From Eledone cirrhosa (taxonomy: Eukaryota), in contig OZ024744.1 of assembly GCA_964016885.1 (NCBI GenBank), positions 40,486,001 to 40,550,000 of the forward strand: a DNA stretch of 64,000 nt. Reading direction: 5' to 3'. Shown one piece after another: positions 41,401 to 54,030 of the stretch. Position 1 is the first letter of the stretch. Every line of letters starts with the position of its first letter. Made by a program: the position numbers and the translations under genes. The notes below the pieces were generated by a model that saw nothing but the letters and a program-made list of their open reading frames with translations, searched no databases and was not told where the DNA came from.

Positions 41401-44400
41401 AAAGCCCAGCTTGACTCAAGGTAATGGTAGTTTCCATCAACCCAGCTTTATTTACAAAGCCTAGCTTGACCCAAGATAATGGTAGTTTCCATCAATGCAG
41501 CTTTACTTACAAAGCCTAGCTTGACCCAAGGTAATGGTAGTTTCCATCTAACCAGCTGTATTTACAAATTCTAGCTTGACTCAAGGTAATGGTAGTTTCC
41601 ATCAACCCAGCTTTATTTAAAAAGCCTAGCTTGACTCAATGTAATGGTAGATTCCATCAACCCAGCTTTATTTACAAAGCCTAGCGTGACCCAAGGTAAT
41701 GGTAGTTTCCATCTAACCAGCTGTATTTACAAAGTCTAGCTTGACTCAAGGTAATGGTAGTTTCTATCAACCCAGCTTTATTTACAAAGCCTAGCTTGAC
41801 TCAATGTAATGGCAGTTTCCATCAACCCAGCTTTATTTACAATGCCTAGCTTGACCGAAGGTAATGTTAGTTTCCATCTAACCAGCTGTATGTACAAAGT
41901 CTAGCTTGACTCAAGGTAATGGTAGTTTCCATCAACCCTGCTTTATTTATAAAGCTTAGCTTGATCCAAGGTAATGGTAGTTACCATCAACCGTGCTTTA
42001 TTTACAAAGCCTATCTTGACTCAAGGTAATGGTACTTTACATCAACCCAGCTTTATTTACGATGCCTAGCTTGACTCAAGGTAATGGTAGTTTCCATTAA
42101 CCCAGCTCTATTTACAAAGCCTAGCTTGACTCAAGGTAATGGTAATTTCCATCAACCCAACTTTATTTAGAAAGCCTAGCTTGACTCAAGGTAATGGTAG
42201 ATTCCATCAACCCAGCTTTATTTACAAAGCCTAGCTTGACTCAAGGTAATGGTAGTTTCCATCAACCCAACTTTATTTACAAAGTCTAGCTTGACTCAAG
42301 GTAATGGTATATTCTATCAACCCAGCTTTATTACAGAGCCTAGCTTGACCCAAGGTAATGGTAGTTTCCATCAACCCAGCTTTATTTACAAAGCCTAGCT
42401 TGACACAAGGTAAGGGTAGTTTCCATCAACCCAGCTTTATTTACAATGCCTAGCTTGACCGAAGGTAATGTTAGTTTCCATCTAACCAGCTGTATTTACA
42501 AAGTCTAGCTTGACTCAAGGTAATGGTAGTTTCCATCAACCCAGCTTTATTTACAAAGCCTAGCTTGACTCAAGGTAGTGGTAGTTTCCATCAACCCAGC
42601 TTTATTTACAAAGCCTAGCTTGACTCAAGGTAATGGTAGTTTCCATCAACCCAGCTTTATTTACAAAGCCTAGCTTGACCCAAGATAATGGTAGTTTCCA
42701 TCAATGCAGCTTTACTTACAAAGCCTAGCTTGACTCAAGGTAATGGTAGTTTCCATCAACCCAGCTTTACTTACAAAGCCTAGCTTGACTCAAGATAATG
42801 GTAGTTTCCATCAACCCAGCTTTATTTACAATGCCTAGCTTGACTCAATGTAATTGTAGTTTCCATCAACCCAGCTTTATTTACAAAGCATAGCTTGACC
42901 CAAGGTAATGGTAGTTTCCATCAACCCAGCTTTATTTAAAAAGCCTAGCTTGACTCAATGTAATGGTAGTTTCCATCAACCCAGCTTTATTTACAATGCC
43001 TAGCTTGACCGAAGGTAATGTTAGTTTCCATCTAACCAGCTGTATTTACAAAGTCTAGCTTGACTCAAGGTAATGGTAGTTTCCATCAACCCAGCTTTAT
43101 TTACAAAGCCTAGCTTGACTCAATGTAATGGTAGTTTCCATCAACCCAGCTTTATTTACAATGCCTAGCTTGACCGAAGGTAATGTTAGTTTTCATATAA
43201 CCAGCTGTATTTACAAAGTCTAGCTTAACTCAAGGTAATGGTAGTTTCCATCAACCCAGCTTTATTTACAAAGCCTAGCTTGATCCAAGGTAATGGTAGT
43301 TTCCATCAACCCAGCTTTATTCACAAAGCCTTACTTGACTCAAGGTAATGGTAGTTTCTATCAACCCAGCTTTATTTACAAAGCCTAGCTTGACCCAAGA
43401 TAATGGTAGTTTCCATCAATGCAGCTTTACTTACAAAGCCTAGCTTGACTCAAGGTAATGGTAGTTTCCATCAACCCAGCTTTACTTACAAAGCCTAGCT
43501 TGACTCAAGATAATGGTAGTTTCCATCAACCCAGCTTTATTTACAAACCTAGCTTGACACAAGGTAAGGGTAGTTTCCATCAACCCAGCTTTATTTACAA
43601 TGCCTAGCTTGACCGAAGGTAATGTTAGTTTCCATCTAACCAGCTGTATTTACAAAGTCTAGCTTGACTCAATGTAATTGTAGTTTCCATCAACCCAGCT
43701 TTATTTACAAAGCATAGCTTGACCCAAGGTAATGGTAGTTTCCATCAACCCAGCTTTATTTAAAAAGCCTAGCTTGACTCAAGGTAATGGTATTTACATC
43801 AACCCAGCTTTATTTACAAAGCCTAGCTTGACTCAAGGTAATGGTAGTTTCCATCAACCCAGCTTTATTTACAAAGCCTAGCTTGACTCAAGGTAATGGT
43901 AGTTTCCATCAACCCAGCTTTATTTACAAAGCCTAGCTTGACCCAAGATAATGGTAGTTTCCATCAATGCAGCTTTACTTACAAAGCCTAGCTTGACTCA
44001 AGGTAATGGTAGTTTCCATCAACCCAGCTTTACTTACAAAGCCTAGCTTGACTCAAGATAATGGTAGTTTCCATCAACCCAGCTTTATTTACAATGCCTA
44101 GCTTGACTCAATGTAATTGTAGTTTCCATCAACCCAGCTTTATTTACAAAGCATAGCTTGACCCAAGGTAATGGTAGTTTCCATCTAACCAGCTGTATTT
44201 ACAAAGTCTAGCTTGACTCAAGGTAATGGTAGTTTCCATCAACCCAGCTTTATTCACAAAGCCTAGCTTGACTCAAGGTAATGGTAGTTTCCATCAACCC
44301 AGCTTTATTTACAAAGCCTACCTTGACCCAAGATAATGGTAGTTTCCATCAATGCAGCTTTACTTACAAAGCCTAGCTTGACTCAAGATAATGGTAGTTT

Positions 44401-47400
44401 CCATCAACCCAGCTTTATTTACAAAGCATAGCTTGACTCAAGGTAATGGTAGTTTCCATCAACCCAGCTTTATTTAAAAAGCCTAGCTTGACTCAAGGTA
44501 ATGGTATTTACATCAACCCAGCTTTATTTACAAAGCCTAGCTTGATCCAAGGTAATGGTAGTTTCCATCAACCCAGCTTTATTTACAAAGCCTTACTTGA
44601 CTCAAGGTAATGGTAGTTTCTATCAACCAGGCTTTATTTACAGAGCCTAGCTTGACTCAAGGTAATGGTAGTTTCCATCAACCCAGCTTTATTTACAAAG
44701 CCTAGCTTGACTCAAGGTAATGGTAGTTTCCATCAACCCTGCTATATTTACAAATCTTAGCTTGATCCAAGGTAATGGTAGTTACCATCAACCGTGCTTT
44801 ATTTACAAAGCCTATCTTGACTCAAGGTAATGGTAGTTTACATCAACCCAGCTTTATTTACGATGCCTAGCTTAACTCAAGGTAATGGTAGTTTCCATTA
44901 ACCCAGCTTTATTTACAAAGCCTAGCTTGACCCAAGGTAATGGTAGTTTCCATCAACCCAGCTTTATTTACAAAGCCTAGCTTGACTCAAGGAAATGGTA
45001 GTTTCCATCAACCCAGCTTTATTTACAAAGCCTAGCTTGACTCAAGGTAATGGTTGTTTCCATCAACCCAGCTTTATTTATAATACCTAGCTTGACTCAA
45101 GGTAATGGTAGTTTCCATCAACCCAACTTTATTTAGAAAGCCTATCTTGACTCAAGGTAATGGTAGAATCCATCATCCCTGCTTTATTTACAAAGCCTAA
45201 CTTGACTCAAGATAATGGTAGTTTCCATCAACCCAATTTTATTTACAAAGCCTAGCTTGACTCAAGGTAATGGTAGATTCCATCAACACAACTTTATTAC
45301 AAAGCCTAGCTTGACCCAAGGTAATGTTAGTTTCCATAAACCCAGATTTATTTACAAAGCCTAGCTTGACTCAAGGTAATGGTAGTTTCCATCAACCCAG
45401 CTTTATTTACAAAGTCTAGCTTGACTCAAGGTAATGGTAGTTTCCATCAACCCAGCTTTATTTACAAAGCCTAACTTGACTCAAGGTAATGGTAGTTTCA
45501 ATCAACTAAGCATTATTTACCATGCCTAGCTTGACTCAAGGTAATGGTAGATTCCATCAACCCAGCTTTATTTACAAAGCCTAGCTTGACTCAAGGTAAT
45601 GGTAGATTCCATCAACCCAACTTTATTTACAAAGCCTAGCTTGACTCAAGGTAATGGTAGATTCCATCAACCCAGCTTTATTACAAAGCCTAGCTTGACT
45701 CAAGGTAATGGTAGTTTCCATCAACCCAGCTTTATTTACAAAGCCTAGCTTGACCCAAGGTAATGGTAGTTTCCATCAACCCAGCTATATTTACAAAGCC
45801 TAGCTTGACACAAGGTATTGGTAGTTTCCATCAAACCAGCTTTATTTACAATGCCTAGCTTGACCGAAGGTAATGGTAGTTTCAATCTAACCAGCTGTAT
45901 TTACAAAGTCTAGCTTGACTCAAGGTAATGGTAGTTTCCATCAACCCAGCTTTATTTACAAAGTCTAGCTTGACTCAAGGTAATGGTAGTTTCCATCAAC
46001 CCAGCTTTATTTACAAAGCCTAGCTTGACTCAAGGTAATGGTAGGTTCCATCAACCCAGCTTTATTTACAAAGCCTAGCTTGACCCAATATAATGGTAGT
46101 TTCCATCATGGCAGCTTTATTTACAAAGCCTATCTTGACTCAATGTAATGGTAGTTTCCATCAACCCAGCTTTATTTACAAAGCCTAGCTTGACTCAAGG
46201 TAATGGTAGTTTCCATCAACCCAGCTTTATTTACAAAGCCTAGCTAGACCCAAGATAATGGTAGTTTCCATCAATGCAGCTTTATTTACAAAGCCTATCT
46301 TGACTCAATGAAATTGTAGTTTCCATCAACCCAGCTTTAGTTACAAAGCCTTACTTGACTCAAGATAATGGTAGATTCCATCACCCCAGCTTTATTTACA
46401 AAGCATAGCTTGACTCAAGGTAATGGTAGATTCCATCAACCCAGCTCTATTTACAAAGCCTAGCTTGACTCAAGGTAATGGTAATTTCCATCAACCCATC
46501 TTTATTTAGAAAGCCTAGCTTGACTCAAGGTAATGGTAGATTCCATCAACCCAGCTTTATTTACAAAGCCTAGCTTGACTCAAGGTAATGGTAGTTTCCA
46601 TCAACCCAACTTTATTTACAAAGTCTAGCTTGACTCAAGGTAATGGTAGATTCTATCAACCCAGCTTTATTACAAGTCCTAGCTTGACCCAAGGTAATGG
46701 TAGTTTCCATCAACCCAGTTTTATTTACAAAGCCTATCTTGACACAAGGTAAGGTTAGTTTCCATCAACCCAGCTTTATTTACAATGCCTAGCTTGACCG
46801 AAGGTAATGTTATATTCCATCTAACCAGCTGTATTTACAAAGTCTAGCTTGACTCAAGGTAATGGTAGTTTCCATCAACCCAGCTTTATTTACAAAGCCT
46901 AGCTTGACTCAAGGTAATGGTAGTTTCCATCAACCCAGCTTTATTTACAAAGCCTAGCTTGACTCAAGGTAATGGTAGTTTCCATCAACCCAGCTTTATT
47001 TACAAAGCCTAGCTTGCCCCAAGATAATGGTAGTTTCCATCAATGCAGCTTTACTTACAAAGCCTAGCTTGACTCAAGGCAATGGTAGTTTCCATCAACC
47101 CAGCTTTACTTACAAAGCCTAGCTTGACTCAAGATAATGGTAGTTTCCATCAACCCAGCTTTATTTACAATGCCTAGCTTGACTCAATGTAATTGTAGTT
47201 TCCATCAACCCAGCTTTATTTACAAAGCATAGCTTGACCCAAGGTAATGGTAGTTTCCATCAACCCAGCTTTATTTAAAAAGCCTAGCTTGACTCAATGT
47301 AATGGTAGATTCCATCAACCCAGCTTTATTTACAAAGCCTCGCGTGACCCAAGGTAATGGTAGTTTCCATCTAACCAGCTGTATTTACAAAGTCTAGCTT

Positions 47401-49240
47401 GACTCAAGGTAATGGTAGTTTCCATCAACCCAGCTTTATTTACAAAGCCTAGCTTGACTCAATGTAATGGTAGTTTCCATCAACCCAGCTTTATTTACAA
47501 TGCCTAGCTTGACCGAAGGTAATGTTAGTTTCCATCTAACCAGCTGTATGTACAAAGTCTAGCTTGACTCAAGGTAATGGTAGTTTCCATCAACTCTGCT
47601 TTATTTATAAAGCTTAGCTTGATCCAAGGTAATGGTAGTTACCATCAACCGTGCTTTATTTACAAAGCCTATCTTGACTCAAGGTAATGGTAGTTTACAT
47701 CAACCCAGCTTTATTTACAAAGCCTTACTTGACTCAAGGTAATGGTAGTTTCTATCAACCCAGCTTTATTTACAGAGCCTAGCTTGACTCAAGGTAATGG
47801 TAGTTTCCATCAACCCAGCTTTATTTACAAAGCCTGGCTTGACCCAAGATAATGGTAGTTTCCATCAATGCAGCTTTATTTACAAAGTCTATCTTGACTC
47901 AATGAAATTGTAGTTTCCATCAACCCAGCTTTAGTTACAAAGCCTTACTTGACTCAAGATAATGGTAGATTCCATCACCCCAGCTTTATTTACAAAGCAT
48001 AGCTTGACTCAAGGTAATGGTAGATTCCATCAACCCAGCTCTATTTACAAAGCTTAGCTTGACTCAAGGTAATGGTAATTTCCATCAACCCATCTTTATT
48101 TAGAAAGCCTAGCTTGACTCAAGGTAATGGTAGATTCCATCAACCCAGCTTTATTTACAAAGCCTAGCTTGACTCAAGGTAATGGTAGTTTCCATCAACC
48201 CAACTTTATTTACAAAGTCTAGCTTGACTCAAGGTAATGGTAGATTCTATCAACCCAGCTTTATTACAAAGCCTAGCTTGACCCAAGGTAATGGTAGTTT
48301 CCATCAACCCAGTTTTATTTACAAAGCCTAGCTTGACACAAGGTAAGGTTAGTTTCCATCAACCCAGCTTTATTTACAATGCCTAGCTTGACCGAAGGTA
48401 ATGTTAGTTTCCATCTAACCAGCTGTATTTACAAAGTCTAGCTTGACTCAAGGTAATGGTAGTTTCCATCAACCCAGCTTTATTTACAAAGCCTAGCTTG
48501 ACTCAAGGTAATGGTAGTTTCCATCAACCCAGCTTTATTTACAAAGCCCAGCTTGACTCAAGGTAATGGTAGTTTCCATCAACCCAGCTTTATTTACAAA
48601 GCCTAGCTTGACCCAAGATAATGGTAGTTTCCATCAATGCAGCTTTACTTACAAAGCCTAGCTTGACCCAAGGTAATGGTAGTTTCCATCTAACCAGCTG
48701 TATTTACAAATTCTAGCTTGACTCAAGGTAATGGTAGTTTCCATCAACCCAGCTTTATTTAAAAAGCCTAGCTTGACTCAATGTAATGGTAGATTCCATC
48801 AACCCAGCTTTATTTACAAAGCCTAGCGTGACCCAAGGTAATGGTAGTTTCCATCTAACCAGCTGTATTTACAAAGTCTAGCTTGACTCAAGGTAATGGT
48901 AGTTTCTATCAACCCAGCTTTATTTACAAAGCCTAGCTTGACTCAATGTAATGGTAGTTTCCATCAACCCAGCTTTATTTACAATGCCTAGCTTGACCGA
49001 AGGTAATGTTAGTTTCCATCTAACCAGCTGTATGTACAAAGTCTAGCTTGACTCAAGGTAATGGTAGTTTCCATCAACCCTGCTTTATTTATAAAGCTTA
49101 GCTTGATCCAAGGTAATGGTAGTTACCATCAACCGTGCTTTATTTACAAAGCCTATCTTGACTCAAGGTAATGGTACTTTACATCAACCCAGCTTTATTT
49201 ACGATGCCTAGCTTGACTCAAGGTAATGGTAGTTTCCATT
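34957..49240. repeat. Higher-order tandem duplication, period 7142 bp (130 monomers), 2 copies
   Basis: TTCATATAACC 36052/43194, CCTCGCGTGACC 40199/47341 and GGTACTTTAC 42031/49173, all at offset 7142. Junction near 42099. Confidence 0.94.
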
Positions 49241-51019
49241 AACCCAGCTTTATTTACAAAGCCTAGCTTGACCCAAGGTAATGGTAGTTTCCATCAACCC
49301 AGCTTTATTTACAAAGCCTAGCTTGACTCAAGGTAATGGTAGTTTCCATCAACCCAGCTTTATTTACAAAGCCTAGCTTGACTCAAGGTAATGGTTGTTT
49401 CCATCAACCCAGCTTTATTTATAATACCTAGCTTGACTCAAGGTAATGGTAGATTCCATCATCACTGCTTTATTTACAAAGCCTAGCTTGACTCAAGGTA
49501 ATGGTAGTTTCATTCAACCCAACTTTATTTACAAAGTCTAGCTTGACTCAAGGTAATGGTAGATTCCATCAACCCAACTTTATTACAAAGCCTAGTTTGA
49601 CCCAAGGTAATGGTAGTTTCCATAAACCCAGCTTTATTTACAAAGCCTAGCTTGACTCAAGGTAATGGTAGTTTCCATCAACCCAGCTTTATTTACAAAG
49701 CCTAGCTTGACTCAAGGTAATGGTAGTTTCCATCAACCCAGCTTTTTTTACAAAGCCTAACTTGACTCAAGGTAATGGTAGTTTCCATCAACTAAGCAAT
49801 ATTTACCATGCCTAGCTTGACTCAAGGTAATGGTAGATTCCATCAACCCAGCTTTATTTACAAAGCCTAGCTTGTCTCAAGGTAATGGTAGATTCCATCA
49901 ACCCAACTTTATTTACAAAGCCTAGCTTGACTCAAGGTAATGGTAGATTCCATCAACCCAGCTTTATTACAAAGCCTAGCTTGACTCAAGGTAATGGTAG
50001 TTTCCATCAACCCAGCTTTATTTACAAAGCCTAGCTTGACCCAAGGTAATGGTAGTTTCCATCAACCCAGCTATATTTACAAAGCCTAGCTTGACACAAG
50101 GTAATGGTAGTTTCCATCAACCCAGCTTTATTTACAATGCCTAGCTTGACCGAAGGTAATGGTAGTTTCAATCTAACCAGCTGTATTTACAAAGTCTAGC
50201 TTGACTCAAGGTAATGGTAGTTTCCATCAACCCAGCTTTATTTACAAAGCCTAGCTTGACTCAAGGTAATGGTAGTTTCCATCAACCCAGCTTTATTTAC
50301 AAAGCCTAGCTTGACCCAAGATAATGGTAGTTTCCATCAATGCAGCTTTATTTACAAAGCCTATCTTGACTCAATGTAATGGTAGTTTCCATCAACCCAG
50401 CTTTATTTACAAAGCCTAGCTTGACTCAAGGTAATGGTAGTTTCCATCAACCCAGCTTTATTTACAAAGCCTAGCTTAACCCAAGATAATGGTAGTTTCC
50501 ATCAATGCAGCTTTATTTACAAAGCCTATCTTGACTCAATGAAATTGTAGTTTCCATCAACCCAGCTTTAGTTACAAAGCCTTACTTGACTTAAGATAAT
50601 GGTAGATTCCATCACCCCAGCTTTATTTACAAAGCATAGCTTGACTCAAGGTAATGGTAGATTCCATCAACCCAGCTCTATTTACAAAGCCTAGCTTGAC
50701 TCAAGGTAATGGTATTTTCCATCAACCCAACTTTATTTACAAAGTCTAGCTTGACTCAAGGTAATGGTAGATTCTATCAACCCAGCTTTATTACAAAGCC
50801 TAGCTTGACCCAAGGTAATGGTAGTTTCTATCAACCAAGTTTTATTTACAAAGCCTAGCTTGACACAAGGTAAGGGTAGTTTCCATCAACCCAGCTTTAT
50901 TTACAATGCCTAGCTTGACCGAAGGTAATGTTAGTTTCCATCTAACCAGCTGTATTTACAAAGTCTAGCTTGACTCAAGGTAATGGTAGTTTCCATCAAC
51001 CCAGCTTTATTTACAAAGC

Positions 51020-54000
51020 CTAGCTTGACTCAAGGTAATGGTAGTTTCCATCAACCCAGCTTTATTTACAAAGCCTAGCTTGACCCAAGATAATGGTAGT
51101 TTCCATCAATGCAGCTTTACTTACAAAGCCTAGCTTGACTCAAGGTAATGGTAGTTTCCATCAACCCAGCTTTACTTACAAAGCCTAGCTTGACTCAAGA
51201 TAATGGTAGTTTCCATCAACCCAGCTTTATTTACAATGCCTAGCTTGACTCAATGTAATTGTAGTTTCCATCAACCCAGCTTTATTTACAAAGCATAGCT
51301 TGACCCAAGGTAATGGTTGTTTCCATCAACCCAGCTTTATTTACAAAGCCTAGCTTGACTCAATGTAATGGTAGTTTCCATCAACCCAGCTTTATTTACA
51401 ATGCCTAGCTTGACCGAAGGTAATGTTAGTTTCCATCTAACCAGCTGTATTTACAAAGTCTAGCTTGACTCAAGGTAATGGTAGTTTCCATCAACCCAGC
51501 TTTATTTACAAAGCCTAGCTTGATCCAAGGTAATGGTAGTTTCCATCAACCCAGCTTTATTCACAAAGCCTTACTTGACTCAAGGTAATGGTAGTTTCTA
51601 TCAACCCAGCTTTATTTACAAAGCCTAGCTTGACCCAAGATAATGGTAGTTTCCATCAATGCAGCTTTACTTACAAAGCCTAGCTTGACTCAAGGTAATG
51701 GTAGTTTCCATCAACCCAGCTTTACTTACAAAGCCTAGCTTGACTCAAGATAATGGTAGTTTCCATCAACCCAGCTTTATTTACAATGCCTAGCTTAACT
51801 CAATGTAATTGTAGTTTCCATCAACCCAGCTTTATTTACAAAGCATAGCTTGACCCAAGGTAATGGTAGTTTCCATCAACCCAGCTTTATTTAAAAAGCC
51901 TAGCTTGACTCAAGGTAATGGTATTTACATCAACCCAGCTTTATTTACAAAGCCTAGCTTGATCCAAGGTAATGGTAGTTTCCATCAACCCAGCTTTATT
52001 TACAGAGCCTAGCTTGACACAAGGTAATGGTAGTTTCCATCAACCCAGCTTTATTTACAAAGCCTAGCTTGACTCAAGGTAATGGTAGTTACCATCAACC
52101 GTGCTTTATTTACAAAGTCTAGCTTGACTCAAGGTAATGGTAGTTTACATCAACCCAGCTTTATTTACGATGCCTAGCTTGACTCAAGGTAATGGTAGTT
52201 TCCATTAACCCAGCTTTATTTACAAAGCCTAGCTTGACCCAAGGTAATGGTAGTTTCCATCAACCCAGCTTTATTTACAAAGCCTAGCTTGACTCAAGGT
52301 AATGGTAGTTTCCATCAACCCAGCTTTATTTACAAAGCCTAGCTTGACTCAAGGTAATGGTTGTTTCCATCAACCCAGCTTTATTTATAATACCTAGCTT
52401 GACTCAAGGTAATGGTAGTTTCCATCAACCCAACTTTATTTAGAAAGCCTAGCTTGACTCAAGGTAATGGTAGATTCCATCATCCCTGCTTTATTTACAA
52501 AGCATAGCTTGACCCAAGGTAATGGTAGTTTCCATCAACCCAGCTTTATTTACAAAGCCTAGCTTGACCCAAGATAATGGTAGTTTCCATCAATGCAGCT
52601 TTACTTACAAAGCCTAGCTTGACTCAAGGTAATGGTAGTTTCCATCAACCCAGCTTTACTTACAAAGCCTAGCTTGACTCAAGATAATGGTAGTTTCCAT
52701 CAACCCAGCTTTATTTACAATGCCTAGCTTGACTCAATGTAATTGTAGTTTCCATCAACCCAGCTTTATTTACAAAGCATAGCTTGACCCAAGGTAATGG
52801 TTGTTTCCATCAACCCAGCTTTATTTACAAAGCCTAGCTTGACTCAATGTAATGGTAGTTTCCATCAACCCAGCTTTATTTACAATGCCTAGCTTGACCG
52901 AAGGTAATGTTAGTTTCCATCTAACCAGCTGTATTTACAAAGTCTAGCTTGACTCAAGGTAATGGTAGTTTCCATCAACCCAGCTTTATTTACAAAGCCT
53001 AGCTTGATCCAAGGTAATGGTAGTTTCCATCAACCCAGCTTTATTCACAAAGCCTTACTTGACTCAAGGTAATGGTAGTTTCTATCAACCCAGCTTTATT
53101 TACAAAGCCTAGCTTGACCCAAGATAATGGTAGTTTCCATCAATGCAGCTTTACTTACAAAGCCTAGCTTGACTCAAGGTAATGGTAGTTTCCATCAACC
53201 CAGCTTTACTTACAAAGCCTAGCTTGACTCAAGATAATGGTAGTTTCCATCAACCCAGCTTTATTTACAATGCCTAGCTTAACTCAATGTAATTGTAGTT
53301 TCCATCAACCCAGCTTTATTTACAAAGCATAGCTTGACCCAAGGTAATGGTAGTTTCCATCAACCCAGCTTTATTTAAAAAGCCTAGCTTGACTCAAGGT
53401 AATGGTATTTACATCAACCCAGCTTTATTTACAAAGCCTAGCTTGATCCAAGGTAATGGTAGTTTCCATCAACCCAGCTTTATTTACAGAGCCTAGCTTG
53501 ACACAAGGTAATGGTAGTTTCCATCAACCCAGCTTTATTTACAAAGCCTAGCTTGACTCAAGGTAATGGTAGTTACCATCAACCGTGCTTTATTTACAAA
53601 GTCTAGCTTGACTCAAGGTAATGGTAGTTTACATCAACCCAGCTTTATTTACGATGCCTAGCTTGACTCAAGGTAATGGTAGTTTCCATTAACCCAGCTT
53701 TATTTACAAAGCCTAGCTTGACCCAAGGTAATGGTAGTTTCCATCAACCCAGCTTTATTTACAAAGCCTAGCTTGACTCAAGGTAATGGTAGTTTCCATC
53801 AACCCAGCTTTATTTACAAAGCCTAGCTTGACTCAAGGTAATGGTTGTTTCCATCAACCCAGCTTTATTTATAATACCTAGCTTGACTCAAGGTAATGGT
53901 AGTTTCCATCAACCCAACTTTATTTAGAAAGCCTAGCTTGACTCAAGGTAATGGTAGATTCCATCATCCCTGCTTTATTTACAAAGCATAGCTTGACCCA

Positions 54001-54030
54001 AGGTAATGGTAGTTTCCATCAACCCAGCTT
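51020..54030. repeat. 27-monomer (1484 bp) tandem duplication
   Basis: GCTTAACTCAATGTAATTG at 51797 and 53281 (offset 1484) with the same downstream variant order. Boundaries are approximate. Confidence 0.85.
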
